64,000 nt of DNA from a virus (IMGVR_UViG_3300005613_000011:32001-96000), one strand, 5' to 3'; positions 30,301 to 40,127 are shown, counted from the stretch's first letter. Notes: a model not told the origin generated them from the letters alone. Made by a program: numbers and translations.

Positions 30301-33300
30301 ACCTATGTTGATATTCTTCTTTTTACCCCATCTCAGGAGCATACTGTTCTTTTGTATGTCAAGTCGCGTTTGATTGACGGGTCTACGATTATCAAGAAAA
30401 TATTAGTTGTTTTTAAGAGCCCGTTGATTGTTGATATACTACCAAGTGTTCCGGTTGGTGATGGGAGACAGGTCAGGGAGCAAAGTGCTCTTGTCTATAT
30501 GGTCGATCCAGACGATCCTGACGATTTATCCAAAAGAACATATTTGCCTGATACAACGATGGTCGAATGGAAGTTGGAGAAAAAGTCCGACGCAATTGAT
30601 AGAATATTTTATTCTATGGATAGCACTCCATCGACTGATGGCATTTTTTCATACCTGAACAGAGGATTAGCCAGAAACGTTTTTCTTGGCCCAATTAACA
30701 ATGTAAAAGTTCATGGGTATGATAGTGCCGGGAATCCACAGTATGAAACTCATACTATGAGTGTTTCTGTCTTTTATGACGGAGTATCAGCAACTGATTC
30801 TCAAGATATAGAACTGATTCCATTGAGAGAGAAAGGTCATCGTGTTATGCCTTCTAATTTCTTAATGGAATTTAGTGATCTGAAACAAAAATTCTGGACC
30901 GATGGCATAGGATATGCAACTCTTATAATTTCACACAATGCCGAATCTTCAACTACTAAGTATTCTCAACCATTTAGACAGTGCATGTCTTTGGCCGGTA
31001 AACAAATATATCAGTTGAATAGTGGTATGATGGTTAGGATAGATACAAACGATCCAGATGTTGAGATTATATGGGGCGATGTTGTAGAATATCTTGACCC
31101 GTATCTAGACAGATGGGTTTTGGATACGAGCAATGCTCATATCGCTTATGGAGCAGCATCTGTTAATCTCTCTCAATATAATGATACTTATGTTTATTTC
31201 AGGCAAGATAAAAAATATACAAGTCAAGGAGCAGCCGGGTTTGAGAGGTTGCGAACCGATTGTTCGTCGTTATCTGCTGATAAATATACTTTGTATAATG
31301 ATGAAATAACTGTTACTGGGCATATTGTTTCTGATTTTAATGGAGACCTGTTGACTCTTACTGGAGGTGGTTCTTTTGGAACTGGTCTTGTTCCAACTGT
31401 TTTAATACCTGAAGAACCATTAAGAGTCAGGGCCGTGGACAGAAGGTCTAGAATCGGGAACGCTATTACCAGGCAAGAAGGAATTATACTTGATGGTGTT
31501 AGTATCAACCAGTTTGTTTTGGATGTGTCTTTTGCTGAGACATGTGTTCCTGATGGGACTCCTATAGACATAGAAGTAGTTAATTATTCAGAAAATTCTG
31601 TTGAGCCTGTTAATAGTAGAATAAGAACGGCTACAACAGTTGATAGCGATATTGATCCAGACAGGGAACGAAGCTATGCCGTTTTTGAGCTGCAACCCCT
31701 ACAACCAAAAAAGAACATAGCCGCTAATATCTATTTGACAGCGACATATCATATAGAACAGGAAAATATTGGTGTAATAGACAGGACTGAAACAATTTGT
31801 TTGCTTGTCAGGTATGATGCTGACGATTGGAAGGACCAGTCTTCTGCCAGTAATATCAGAAGTATTTTCAGTGGAAGGGTTGATAGGTATAATACTTCTA
31901 CAAATGCGTGGACTCAACTTGCTTCTATGAATACAGCAAGGGGCCATTTGTGTGTAGAATCAGTAGGAAATATAGTATATGCTATTGGCGGGATAGGAGC
32001 GAATGAAATATTATCTACTGTCGAAGAATATGATATTTCTTCTGATTCTTGGGCAGAGATGACTTCTATGAATACCGCCAGAATGGGTGCCATGTCGGTG
32101 GTTGTTGGAACCGACATATATGTTCTTGGTGGCATAGAATATGATAGGACTAATAACAGAGTATATGTTTCTCGTGCAGTAGAAAGATACGATACACTAG
32201 GTAATTCATGGGCAGAACTTGACAGTATGCCAACAATAGATGTTGGTTCTATTGAAAGAATCCCATATGGAGTTGCTTTTGGTTGTGCTGAGTACATTCA
32301 GTCTTTGAACAGGATTTATGTTGTCAGTGGGATAAGGGATATTACTGATGATGCGGCTTTTATTGATCACAACAATAGGGTTTTATATTATGATATAGAT
32401 AATGATGAGTGGGGTTATTCCGATCCTATTTCCGAGACAGAGTTTCGATCCTATTACAGGATTTCTCCAATATCTTTTGTAGATGGGAATGAAATAATTG
32501 TTCTCTCCGGAGCATACCAGAAACTGAATGGGTCTTTGGAATATTATGTAACATCTTATGCATATAACACATCTTCTGGATCTGTTGAATCTAGGGAAGA
32601 CGAATTTAATCATATGTTGCAACCAAAGTATTTTGCGGCATCTGCGACAAGCGGGACAGAGACTTATTCTGTAGGTGGTTTTGGGCCTGATTCCGAAACG
32701 TTGAAAACATTTGAGATTGTGGAGAACGTTGGTGGGAACCCGTTGTATGATGTCGCCGAGTTGGGTAATACAACGAAATCCAAGAATGGTGGTGGATGTT
32801 GTTTTGTATCGAGCGGAGGAATCACTAATCTTATATATGCAGGTGGCGTTGAAAGTGGTAAGGGTAATGGTTTTCTTAAAATGACCATTAGTCCATATGA
32901 AGACGAAATGATGCTTAATGGCAGACAATATCTTGGGGCTAGAGTAAGCATGACTGATGACAGTGGCGAGAATGATGTTTTAGCCACAGCTAGGATTACA
33001 GGATATCTACAAATTACAGATCCTATAGACGAAACTTTAGTTCCTCAAGATTTACTTCCTTATAATATTCTTTTTGACGAGGAGGTGTTGGATATAGTTG
33101 ATGGTAAGGCGGAAGTTTCTTTGAAACCTCGCTCCGACGATATCTTAAAGAAACTTAATACGAGTCTTAATTTTACAGAAGGTTCTGATAATAATCTTTA
33201 TAAGATTGTTTTGCAGTCTACTATAATAGATGGTTATGTTCCTGAGACTATAGGTACTGCTGGACAGGGGCCGGTCCCGTATTACGGACAGACGTTGTTA

Positions 33301-35268
33301 AATACAATTAGTGATGATAGTAATGCTACGGTTCTTTCGCCAACATGTATTGTCCCTGTTTCTTCGAATATAATTATAGCATCTCTTAATTCCGCATCTA
33401 TATTTGAAGATAATGTATTTAAGCTTATTTCTGCACCATTATATCAAAACAGGTCTGTTGCTACGGATGTTTCAGCTAGTAGCATGGTTATACCGTTAGT
33501 GGCTGATTTGACAAGTGGTGGTCCTGTGCAATCGTCTTCAGCTATATCTGTTATAGATGAAATGGCTGATGCTATTCCTGTCGGTTGTTCTCCTTTGTAT
33601 GATGCTCTTGAAGTTGTATCCAACACGCTAAATAATGAAGAGTTTGACAATTACGGTAAGTCAATAATATCTTTTGTTGATAGCGATCCAAACACTTCGG
33701 ATAATAGCAACCAGGATGCTATAGATGCTGTTAATAATATTGATAATTACCAGGACGTTCCTCTCCTTGTTGGCAATTTGTCTATGAGTAGTCCGTATGT
33801 TGTTTCTTCTAGTCTGGAAATGACGGGTTCCGTAGAACTCGATAAATTGGCCTATTTTACGGGTGGTCAAAGTTTTAGTATTGTATCAACGCAATTTGAG
33901 GATGAATTGGTTTGCATGATGACGGGTAGAGCGAGAGGTTCTCTAGGTTATGGTTCTGCTGTTTATACGATAGATTTGGGTGAATTCGTGAATCTTGAAT
34001 CTGCTAATGTAATCTTTTCTTTGCCAGATAACACTTATGGGGAATGGAGGATGTCTGTAAGCGAAGATGGGTATGATTATACTCCGTATACTATTTATTT
34101 TACACCTGGTTTTGATGTTGGGTTTTCGAGTTTGGATACAAGGTATATTAGATTTGATATGAGATTGCAGAGTTGTTTGACTATTACTAATGAAGAATCT
34201 GATGAGAGTTCGCCAACCGGGATGCCTTTGATAGAAGGATTGAATTTTGGTTATACACCAGTAAAAACAGATTATTTGTTTGTTAATGAGTTAACTGTAA
34301 ACGACAATACGCAGCAAGCGATAGCGACTCTGGACGCAGACGACGAAAACGGAGAAATACAGTTTGGTATTTCTACTTCTAAGTCTCATAACTGGAATGA
34401 TTTTGATAGTGATTCTAAACCTTCGAGACCTATTGCTGGTGGTAATGTAATTTTACCAGTTAGAAACAGGGATATAGTAGGTATTCGTTCTGAAGAACTA
34501 ATAAACGTAGACAATTGTGTATTTAGAGCGAGATATGGTAATTGGGATTATGAATCTACAGTTGCGATTTATGATTCTTCTAATGATTTGATTGATTCTA
34601 GTTTATACAAAACATATCCAAGGCAAGGCAGGGTAATTTTTTCTGCAAAGATGTATGATAGTTATATTATAAGAATACAAGATCCTGATAAGATCAGGTC
34701 TGGTTTTAGGATTAACAACAGCAATTCTAATGTTCCTGTTAACATATATGGGCTTGGAGAGATGTATGCTTCTCAGAGATCGATTAAGGATTATTTGCAG
34801 GGGACAACTTCTGCTACAACTGCTACAACTGTCTGTGTTGAATTTCCATGGATTACATGTAGCAATCCATCTCATTCTGTTGCTTCAGTAGCGATTGATT
34901 CTGTCCCTGGTAACGGTTGTTATGATAGATCTAGTGGAACTTACGTATATGATTCAACATTAGATACAATCGGTTTTACTGGTTGGTGGTTCAGAAAAGT
35001 TGCTACTAATATTGCTTTAATTATTCTGTTTTGTAAGAGTGATGAAAAATATTATGCCGAGATATATGACATATCAGCAGACGAAGCAATATTTGGTGCA
35101 GATACAAACGAATGTCCATGTGTTAGTTTGGAGAACGATAAGTTAAGAGATCTCTCTGGTACAGGGTTATGTTGCGATAATGTTTCAGAAGCAGTTATTG
35201 GTGAGTTTGTCTTGAGAGGAATCGGAGATTGTTCTTTCTATAATGCGACAGTTACAGTTTCAGTTTAA
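27325..35268 (+). CDS. Giant multidomain virion adhesin (2647 aa): split vWA, FN3-like, LamG, Ig-like and Kelch propeller domains
   Basis: FLFDESGS MIDAS motif; LamG (VGVWHFDE...LSAWIKP...FFGEICEISV); Kelch repeats (VYAIGG...VEEYD...W, IYVLGG); C-terminal vWA half (SPLYDAL...IISFVDS...LAYFTGG). Confidence 0.8.
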   Translation: MSVCSFNPSNQWSLINYYCLYYNIGDNWASGTWYINNDKKHAIKIFGSNENGGFGDNSITVSPPSQESFISSYFDSNNLVLNGTRLQDDAYGFNDIGLDFNNNIITFLFDESGSMLWNDNGGFRYDLAKRYINRVAGAYPAEVLYKIFKFGGQKVKLTIGADLESSNQLSQLRTEFFQQYLFGDSIINFTGIRVVRREDGFPSNPIDGDIIFDGISNGVQDLNVSADSTYYYTVYTFNSNYQFSDGVRIQVTSRDGDSPRGVKTFDYEVLSGSGVPFDENIVGVWHFDEADGQVVYDFATNVDLSVSETNAIWLTEEDVPVGQSGLRFNGETTSVSTQSVVSNFELRQSSYMTLSAWIKPYNFSSNRAIISRQDGTNLNYFLYTNTSGGLTFETAFTNASSTNGILTEEQWNKVDVVIDMFTGIVSFYVNGSPAGSPVLSNLNLTFGNMYFDVGYNRGAISGIERFFGEICEISVHDVARGFNYITEHHNILRNDNGDRLVILKYAIPEVYNFNGNDVVIIANEMRVPSYVGDGLEIHSNTITSSGDFYTTFRDEFLLGSNYYFRIFSKNQNRHYCHIDDAMSLSVLVPNIDTENREIVPSLSSLLAPPYNIEAIAGDRKVYIRWDLDPSDERLKRVRLYRSDSAFPILDEEGNSDSILIFDGDTYETGYVDVLLSNNVRYYYTLCSIDKYGRPSEESTVDVVPSSGLDESRIPLRDVKNVRYEIVDGNHLNLMWDEFVLERDISTFFSENIVFYMKLTDQSGNKLTKDYTISCDIIDASYTYPDDVAEDIFINDTNIPTPDINDLYSLTVTSVDKGLSKGLVELTKDNSLLTNIKSVLLVLRFNVTFSSVGDSEFVYRSRPIVVEWKNNLSVDITNKDSKYVEITSKHKINALDDQVPSSVVKYNGIYATSSNNYVCRVYLYNAGQQASIVSSTVDVAVYDATIDFDDIVPTPVRGNISSTVRVLNSLSIVSGTREVRNVYGEFTGETENVTYVDILLFTPSQEHTVLLYVKSRLIDGSTIIKKILVVFKSPLIVDILPSVPVGDGRQVREQSALVYMVDPDDPDDLSKRTYLPDTTMVEWKLEKKSDAIDRIFYSMDSTPSTDGIFSYLNRGLARNVFLGPINNVKVHGYDSAGNPQYETHTMSVSVFYDGVSATDSQDIELIPLREKGHRVMPSNFLMEFSDLKQKFWTDGIGYATLIISHNAESSTTKYSQPFRQCMSLAGKQIYQLNSGMMVRIDTNDPDVEIIWGDVVEYLDPYLDRWVLDTSNAHIAYGAASVNLSQYNDTYVYFRQDKKYTSQGAAGFERLRTDCSSLSADKYTLYNDEITVTGHIVSDFNGDLLTLTGGGSFGTGLVPTVLIPEEPLRVRAVDRRSRIGNAITRQEGIILDGVSINQFVLDVSFAETCVPDGTPIDIEVVNYSENSVEPVNSRIRTATTVDSDIDPDRERSYAVFELQPLQPKKNIAANIYLTATYHIEQENIGVIDRTETICLLVRYDADDWKDQSSASNIRSIFSGRVDRYNTSTNAWTQLASMNTARGHLCVESVGNIVYAIGGIGANEILSTVEEYDISSDSWAEMTSMNTARMGAMSVVVGTDIYVLGGIEYDRTNNRVYVSRAVERYDTLGNSWAELDSMPTIDVGSIERIPYGVAFGCAEYIQSLNRIYVVSGIRDITDDAAFIDHNNRVLYYDIDNDEWGYSDPISETEFRSYYRISPISFVDGNEIIVLSGAYQKLNGSLEYYVTSYAYNTSSGSVESREDEFNHMLQPKYFAASATSGTETYSVGGFGPDSETLKTFEIVENVGGNPLYDVAELGNTTKSKNGGGCCFVSSGGITNLIYAGGVESGKGNGFLKMTISPYEDEMMLNGRQYLGARVSMTDDSGENDVLATARITGYLQITDPIDETLVPQDLLPYNILFDEEVLDIVDGKAEVSLKPRSDDILKKLNTSLNFTEGSDNNLYKIVLQSTIIDGYVPETIGTAGQGPVPYYGQTLLNTISDDSNATVLSPTCIVPVSSNIIIASLNSASIFEDNVFKLISAPLYQNRSVATDVSASSMVIPLVADLTSGGPVQSSSAISVIDEMADAIPVGCSPLYDALEVVSNTLNNEEFDNYGKSIISFVDSDPNTSDNSNQDAIDAVNNIDNYQDVPLLVGNLSMSSPYVVSSSLEMTGSVELDKLAYFTGGQSFSIVSTQFEDELVCMMTGRARGSLGYGSAVYTIDLGEFVNLESANVIFSLPDNTYGEWRMSVSEDGYDYTPYTIYFTPGFDVGFSSLDTRYIRFDMRLQSCLTITNEESDESSPTGMPLIEGLNFGYTPVKTDYLFVNELTVNDNTQQAIATLDADDENGEIQFGISTSKSHNWNDFDSDSKPSRPIAGGNVILPVRNRDIVGIRSEELINVDNCVFRARYGNWDYESTVAIYDSSNDLIDSSLYKTYPRQGRVIFSAKMYDSYIIRIQDPDKIRSGFRINNSNSNVPVNIYGLGEMYASQRSIKDYLQGTTSATTATTVCVEFPWITCSNPSHSVASVAIDSVPGNGCYDRSSGTYVYDSTLDTIGFTGWWFRKVATNIALIILFCKSDEKYYAEIYDISADEAIFGADTNECPCVSLENDKLRDLSGTGLCCDNVSEAVIGEFVLRGIGDCSFYNATVTVSV

Positions 35269-35408
35269 TTGTACGAATCAGTTTCATATATGTATATTAT
35301 CGGAATTAAATAGAAATTCCTTTAATTATTTTAAAAATATTTTTAAGAAAAGAGAAGAGGCAATTCCTCCTCTACGACAAGCGTAGAGGTTTCCTTGCCT
35401 TACAAAAT
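35252..35408 (-). mobile_element. IS200/IS605 (TnpB) element remnant: left-end hairpin, promoter and 11-codon tnpB stub
   Basis: Minus strand reads TCAT|ATTTTGT AAGGCAAGGAAA CCTCTACG CTTGT CGTAGAGG AGGAATTGCCT, then AAAGGA-N15-CGATAAT, then MKLIRTIKLKL* (35287-35252), a typical TnpB N-terminus. Confidence 0.65.
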
Positions 35409-36200
35409 ATGAAAAATGTAGTTGTTTTTCCAAAAAAAGAAATTTCAAGTCCTGTTTGCGTAATAGTTCTTACTCATAATAGACTTGATGTCACAAAAGA
35501 ATTTTTGTCTTCTTTTTTATTGAACACTTTTAATAAATATGACCTCGTGATTGTAGACAATATGTCTACGGATAGGACAAGAATTTTTCTGGAATATTTT
35601 AAGTATGAGTATAATGATGTTCATTTAATTTTTCTCGATCATAACAGCGGTGTTATTGAAGGGAGAAACGAAGGTTATGAAAGAGTAAAAGAATTTCATC
35701 ATGATTATTTGATATTTTTGGATAACGATCAAATCGTACAGGAAGGATGGCTCAGTCAACATATTAATGTTTTGAATAGTGGTTATGATCTCGTGGGTGT
35801 AGATGCCTGGACGATGAATGATAATTTTCGTCCAATAAGATCAATTAGTAATCCAGACGAAACTTTTTCATATGTTGGTTGTGGTGGGATGATAATAAAA
35901 AGAGAAGTTATTGAAGAGGTTGGTTTATTTGATCCGATTTTTAGTCCTATGTATTTCGAAGATCCCGATTTCAATTTTAAATGTCATAATGCTGGTTTTA
36001 AAATCGGGTGGAATTACAAGGCGAAAATAAATCATCTTGCTCATCAGACAATGGAAATAATTTCTCAACAGGAAAGACGCAAAAACTTTAAACAAAACTT
36101 AGAAAAATTCCGAAATAAATGGAAAGGGTATAAACCCTTGAGATTGAAGCAGTCAAAACTTAAAGTACTTGATGATTACTATTATAACAACTGTTTATAA
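35409..36200 (+). CDS. Glycosyltransferase family 2
   Basis: VIVLTHNR...VIVDNMSTD...FLDND...YFEDPDF. Confidence 0.9.
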   Translation: MKNVVVFPKKEISSPVCVIVLTHNRLDVTKEFLSSFLLNTFNKYDLVIVDNMSTDRTRIFLEYFKYEYNDVHLIFLDHNSGVIEGRNEGYERVKEFHHDYLIFLDNDQIVQEGWLSQHINVLNSGYDLVGVDAWTMNDNFRPIRSISNPDETFSYVGCGGMIIKREVIEEVGLFDPIFSPMYFEDPDFNFKCHNAGFKIGWNYKAKINHLAHQTMEIISQQERRKNFKQNLEKFRNKWKGYKPLRLKQSKLKVLDDYYYNNCL

Positions 36201-36879
36201 TTGTGGCAAATACATAAAAGAATCAATAGATTCGATATTAACCCAAGTTTTTGATGATTTTGAGTTGATTATAGTAAACGATGGTTCTACTGATGATACG
36301 TCAGAAATTATCAGATCTTTTGATGATGACAGAATTATATTCATAGATCATGAAGAAAATGCAGGAATTCCAATTCGAGCTAACGAAGCTATAGATATAG
36401 CAAAAGGAGACTATATAGCGATACACGATGGAGATGACATAAGCCTTCCTTTAAGATTAAGCGTAGAATTTTCTACTTTAAAATCTGATAAAAGTCTATT
36501 TTGTGTCGGTAGTTATGCTATAATAATTGATGATAATAGTAATGAGATAGATCGTTGGAGACATCCTCCAACGAATAATAATGATATGATTAATATGATC
36601 GCCAGGGGCAAGAATCCTGTAATAAATCCTTCTTCCATGTTTAAGAAGTCCGATTTTAACAAAGTCGGAAAATACACAACGGAGAAGAAATTTCAACTCG
36701 TTCACGATCTTGAGCTTTGGGGTAAATGCTTATTTTCCGGTCTGAGATTTTGCACAATAGAAATTCCATTAGTTAAATATAGGATTAATAATAATGGTTT
36801 AACATTTGGTAGAACATTAGAAATGAGGAAATCTCACCATTTATTGTTAGGAAAATGGAGAGAGGAAGGAAAATTATGA
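36172..36879 (+). CDS. Glycosyltransferase family 2
   Basis: TTVYN...IIVNDGSTD...IAIHDGDD...HDLELW. Start taken at ATG 36172. Confidence 0.9.
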   Translation: MITIITTVYNCGKYIKESIDSILTQVFDDFELIIVNDGSTDDTSEIIRSFDDDRIIFIDHEENAGIPIRANEAIDIAKGDYIAIHDGDDISLPLRLSVEFSTLKSDKSLFCVGSYAIIIDDNSNEIDRWRHPPTNNNDMINMIARGKNPVINPSSMFKKSDFNKVGKYTTEKKFQLVHDLELWGKCLFSGLRFCTIEIPLVKYRINNNGLTFGRTLEMRKSHHLLLGKWREEGKL

Positions 36880-39119
36880 GTAATAAAGATAAAAAGTTTA
36901 AATTTGGACCTAGAACATGGACGGAACATGAAGAGATATTATTATATTGTATGAGGGAAGACGGAGTAAATTATCGTATTATTGCATCCGAATTATATCG
37001 TTCTATAGATTCCTGTGAGAAGAAATACAGAAATACAAACTGGTCGCAAAAATCGTTTTACGATCACCAAAAACACACGGTTAAAGAAGGACTAAAAAGA
37101 GGATATCTTGAACGCATTACGCAGTTAAGAGATAAGAGACTTTATGATTATAAAGTAAAAGCAGACATTATAGCTGATCGTATTGCCCGAGCTGTTGAGG
37201 GATTGCCAAGAGTTCCAAAACCAAGATATAGTCGCAAAAAAAGCCATAAAAAAGACCATATAGAAGATGTAGGTCTTGTTTTGAGCGATTGCCATATTGG
37301 TCAGGAATTCACTATGGAAGAAACAGGCAATTTATGCGAATATAATTTGCAAGTGTTTAAGCGTAGGATTAAAAATCTTATGTATGCCTCTGCGGATATT
37401 GTTGAATTGCATTCTCAGTTGTACCAATTGCCAACAATGCATATTTTTTGTTTGGGAGATATAGTAGCTGGCATGAACGATGTTGGTGCTTGGTCGCCAA
37501 CTTATATTAATATGCCTATTTTCGAGCAGTTTGTAGAAGGTGTCGAGGCGATATCTGATACTATTAATTATTGGCTTGGTATTTTTGATAATATTAGATT
37601 TTATGGTGTCTACGGAAATCATGGAAAATGTCAAGACAAAAATACAAAAATTCTAACACCAGATGGATATAAAACTTACGACCAAATAAAAGAAGGTGAT
37701 CTTGTTGGCACGGTTAATATGGAAAGTAACAAATTTGAGTTCCAACCAGTACAAAAAGTTCATATTTATGAAAACGAACCAAATCTTGTGGTTGGCAAGA
37801 CTGCTTCTGTAGAAATAAAGCAAACATTAGATCATGATGTTTTAATTTATAGTCGGGATAAAAAAAGACTAAGCAAGGTTAAAGCTAAGTCATTAGTGAA
37901 AAATACTAGTACGCATCATATAATACCAGTTTCTACACGTTCTAATAATGCTGATTACAATATATCAGATGACATGTTACGTTTGTTGGGTATCATTATG
38001 ACAGATGGCAGATATCCTCCTAGATGTAAAAGTATGATGATTTATCAATCAAAGATTAAAAATATAAACAAAATAAAGAAATTACTTGAAAGATTAGGTT
38101 GCGAATTTAAGATATATAAAAGAAAAAAGAATGTTGATTCAATTTTAGGGAAAAAACTTAAATCAACTAAAATAGAAAATTGTTTTTATATTAATTCTTC
38201 TGATCTGACACGAGAAATAAGAGATCTTTTACCGATTAAAGAATCTATACCTAATTGGATGTATAATTTATCTGATCGTCAAGTTAAAATTATTTTAGAA
38301 TATATAGTACTTGGAGATGGTAGTGTTAGAAAAAAGAAAAAACGTAAAGACGGAAACATAAGAAAAGGAGGGTTAGATATAATCTGGGGTAAAAAAGATT
38401 TTATTGAATCTCTTGCAGGTTTGTTAATCTCTCATAATATCTCTTGTTCACTAAACAAACATAAAAGAAAAAAACATAATTCGCAAACAAAAAATCAAGA
38501 AAATTGGTATTTGCAAATTAAGAAGCGAGCATGTTATTGTATCAAGTCAAGCCAATTTAATATTGTTGATTATAATGATACTGTATGGTGTGTAACTGTT
38601 GAGAATGGAACTATTGCTGTTCTTAGTGGCCAGGGAGACGCATATTTTACTGGTAATTGCGCTTCTAAGGGTGTTGAGAAAGAATATGTCAACTGGGATT
38701 ATATGTGTTACCAGTTTTTGATGGCAAGATTTAAAGGCAATCCAAGGATAGAATTTATTGTACCTAAGACATGGTGGATATTCGAAAAAATAAGAAATCA
38801 TAAATTCCTTATTGTCCATGGTGACGATCTAAGAGGGGTGACTTGGCCTGCTCGTAATCTCGTTAATTACGAACAAAAAATGATGTCCATCCTTAAGGAC
38901 ATACCAAATTATACGATAGCCGGGCATTATCATAGTGCAGCGGAACTTTCTACTAATCATGGTAAAGTGATGCTAAACGGTGGATTTGTAGGAGGTGATA
39001 TTTATTCGTTGAAGAATCTCCAGAAATCTTCAAAGGCAGAACAAAAAATATTTGGTATTCACGATAAGCGCGGTGTTACTTGGACATATGATCTTGATTT
39101 AAATGATGACCGGAGGTGA
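36876..39119 (+). CDS. Calcineurin-like metallophosphoesterase with N-terminal Myb/HTH-like domain, interrupted by an intein
   Basis: SDCHIG, GDIVAG, GNHG, HGD and GHYH motifs; RTWTEHEE...IASELYRS HTH. Likely start 36876 (ATGA overlap, GAGGAAGGA SD). Confidence 0.8.
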   Translation: MSNKDKKFKFGPRTWTEHEEILLYCMREDGVNYRIIASELYRSIDSCEKKYRNTNWSQKSFYDHQKHTVKEGLKRGYLERITQLRDKRLYDYKVKADIIADRIARAVEGLPRVPKPRYSRKKSHKKDHIEDVGLVLSDCHIGQEFTMEETGNLCEYNLQVFKRRIKNLMYASADIVELHSQLYQLPTMHIFCLGDIVAGMNDVGAWSPTYINMPIFEQFVEGVEAISDTINYWLGIFDNIRFYGVYGNHGKCQDKNTKILTPDGYKTYDQIKEGDLVGTVNMESNKFEFQPVQKVHIYENEPNLVVGKTASVEIKQTLDHDVLIYSRDKKRLSKVKAKSLVKNTSTHHIIPVSTRSNNADYNISDDMLRLLGIIMTDGRYPPRCKSMMIYQSKIKNINKIKKLLERLGCEFKIYKRKKNVDSILGKKLKSTKIENCFYINSSDLTREIRDLLPIKESIPNWMYNLSDRQVKIILEYIVLGDGSVRKKKKRKDGNIRKGGLDIIWGKKDFIESLAGLLISHNISCSLNKHKRKKHNSQTKNQENWYLQIKKRACYCIKSSQFNIVDYNDTVWCVTVENGTIAVLSGQGDAYFTGNCASKGVEKEYVNWDYMCYQFLMARFKGNPRIEFIVPKTWWIFEKIRNHKFLIVHGDDLRGVTWPARNLVNYEQKMMSILKDIPNYTIAGHYHSAAELSTNHGKVMLNGGFVGGDIYSLKNLQKSSKAEQKIFGIHDKRGVTWTYDLDLNDDRR
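37629..38657 (+). mobile_element. Intein with LAGLIDADG homing endonuclease (343 aa)
   Basis: GNHGK|CQDKNTKILTPDG ... TLDH ... LLGIIMTDG ... IVLGDG ... VWCVTVENG...FTGN|C. Confidence 0.9.
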
Positions 39120-39577
39120 ATTGTCTTTTGAAAAAAATGAGCGTACATTTTTCTAGCAAGGATATGACATGGGAAACTCCGCAGGATCTTTTTGACAATT
39201 TAAATGCCGAGTTTAATTTTACACTAGATCCTTGTTGCACAAAAGAAACTTCAAAGTGTGATAAATTCTTTACCCCTGATGATGGGCTTTTACAGGATTG
39301 GAGTAAAGATATCGTTTTTATGAATCCTCCTTATGGTCGTAAAATAGGTTATTGGATGAAGAAGGCATTTCTTGAGTCTCGGAAAGGTGCAACTGTTGTG
39401 TGTCTCATCCCTTCAAGGACGGATACTGCTTGGTGGCATGATTACGCCATGAAAGGCGAAATTCGATTTATTCGTGGCCGACTCAAGTTTAGTGGAGCGA
39501 AATGCAGCGCACCATTTCCATCTGCTGTTATAATATTCAGGCCAGCGATTACTTTTTTAGAAAACAAAGAAATATGA
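39116..39577 (+). CDS. Phage N6-adenine DNA methyltransferase (small phage Dam-like family)
   Basis: WETPQDLF...FTLDPC...DGLLQDW...FMNPPY...PSRTDT. True start may be ATG near 39137. Confidence 0.9.
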   Translation: MNCLLKKMSVHFSSKDMTWETPQDLFDNLNAEFNFTLDPCCTKETSKCDKFFTPDDGLLQDWSKDIVFMNPPYGRKIGYWMKKAFLESRKGATVVCLIPSRTDTAWWHDYAMKGEIRFIRGRLKFSGAKCSAPFPSAVIIFRPAITFLENKEI

Positions 39578-39612
39578 TTAGAAGAAATCCTTGATATAGA
39601 ACCGAGATAATT

Positions 39613-39644
39613 CAAGGATTTTAAAACCATTTATCGAAATAATA
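39613..39644 (+). promoter_or_regulatory. Putative phage promoter CAAGGA-N16-CGAAATAATA
   Basis: Recurring intergenic motif; followed by GGAG SD and ATG 39660. Confidence 0.5.
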
Positions 39645-39659
39645 GATGGAGATAAAAAA

Positions 39660-40127
39660 ATGATCGATTTGCCACAATGGTTAGAAACTCATATATCCGA
39701 CATAGAGTGTCCTAATTGCGGTAAAAGTCTCAAAAGTGAAACTGTAACAGCGGTTGGAATCAAGGAATACAAAGAAGGTAAGAACAAAAAGAAAAAAACT
39801 TCTTATCTTACAATCGAACATACTTGCGATTATTGCGGTAAAAGTTATGGTTTTGATATAACGCAATGCGATGTTAAAGAATATATTTGTGACATGATAG
39901 AGAAATACGGTCTTGCAGAACAAGTTGATAATGATGAAGGGGATGAAGTTATTCCCAGTTTTTCCGTAAGTAAAAAAGAGAATGATAAAAAAAATCAAAG
40001 CGGTATTTCACAGGAAGAGGTGGACTGTTTCAGACTTATTACAAAAAACATTTTAACGTGGGAAGCTATGATGAAAAGTGTTGGAATTTCAAAGGATGAT
40101 ATTGAAAAATATATTAAAGAGAAGTAA
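39660..40127 (+). CDS. Hypothetical zinc-ribbon protein
   Basis: CPNC...CDYC. Confidence 0.6.
   Translation: MIDLPQWLETHISDIECPNCGKSLKSETVTAVGIKEYKEGKNKKKKTSYLTIEHTCDYCGKSYGFDITQCDVKEYICDMIEKYGLAEQVDNDEGDEVIPSFSVSKKENDKKNQSGISQEEVDCFRLITKNILTWEAMMKSVGISKDDIEKYIKEK

Noticed and set aside
35358-35400. Hairpin as the terminator of the tail operon
   Set aside because: No U-tract, and its flanks (CAAGGAAA...GGAATTG on the minus strand) match IS605-type ends.
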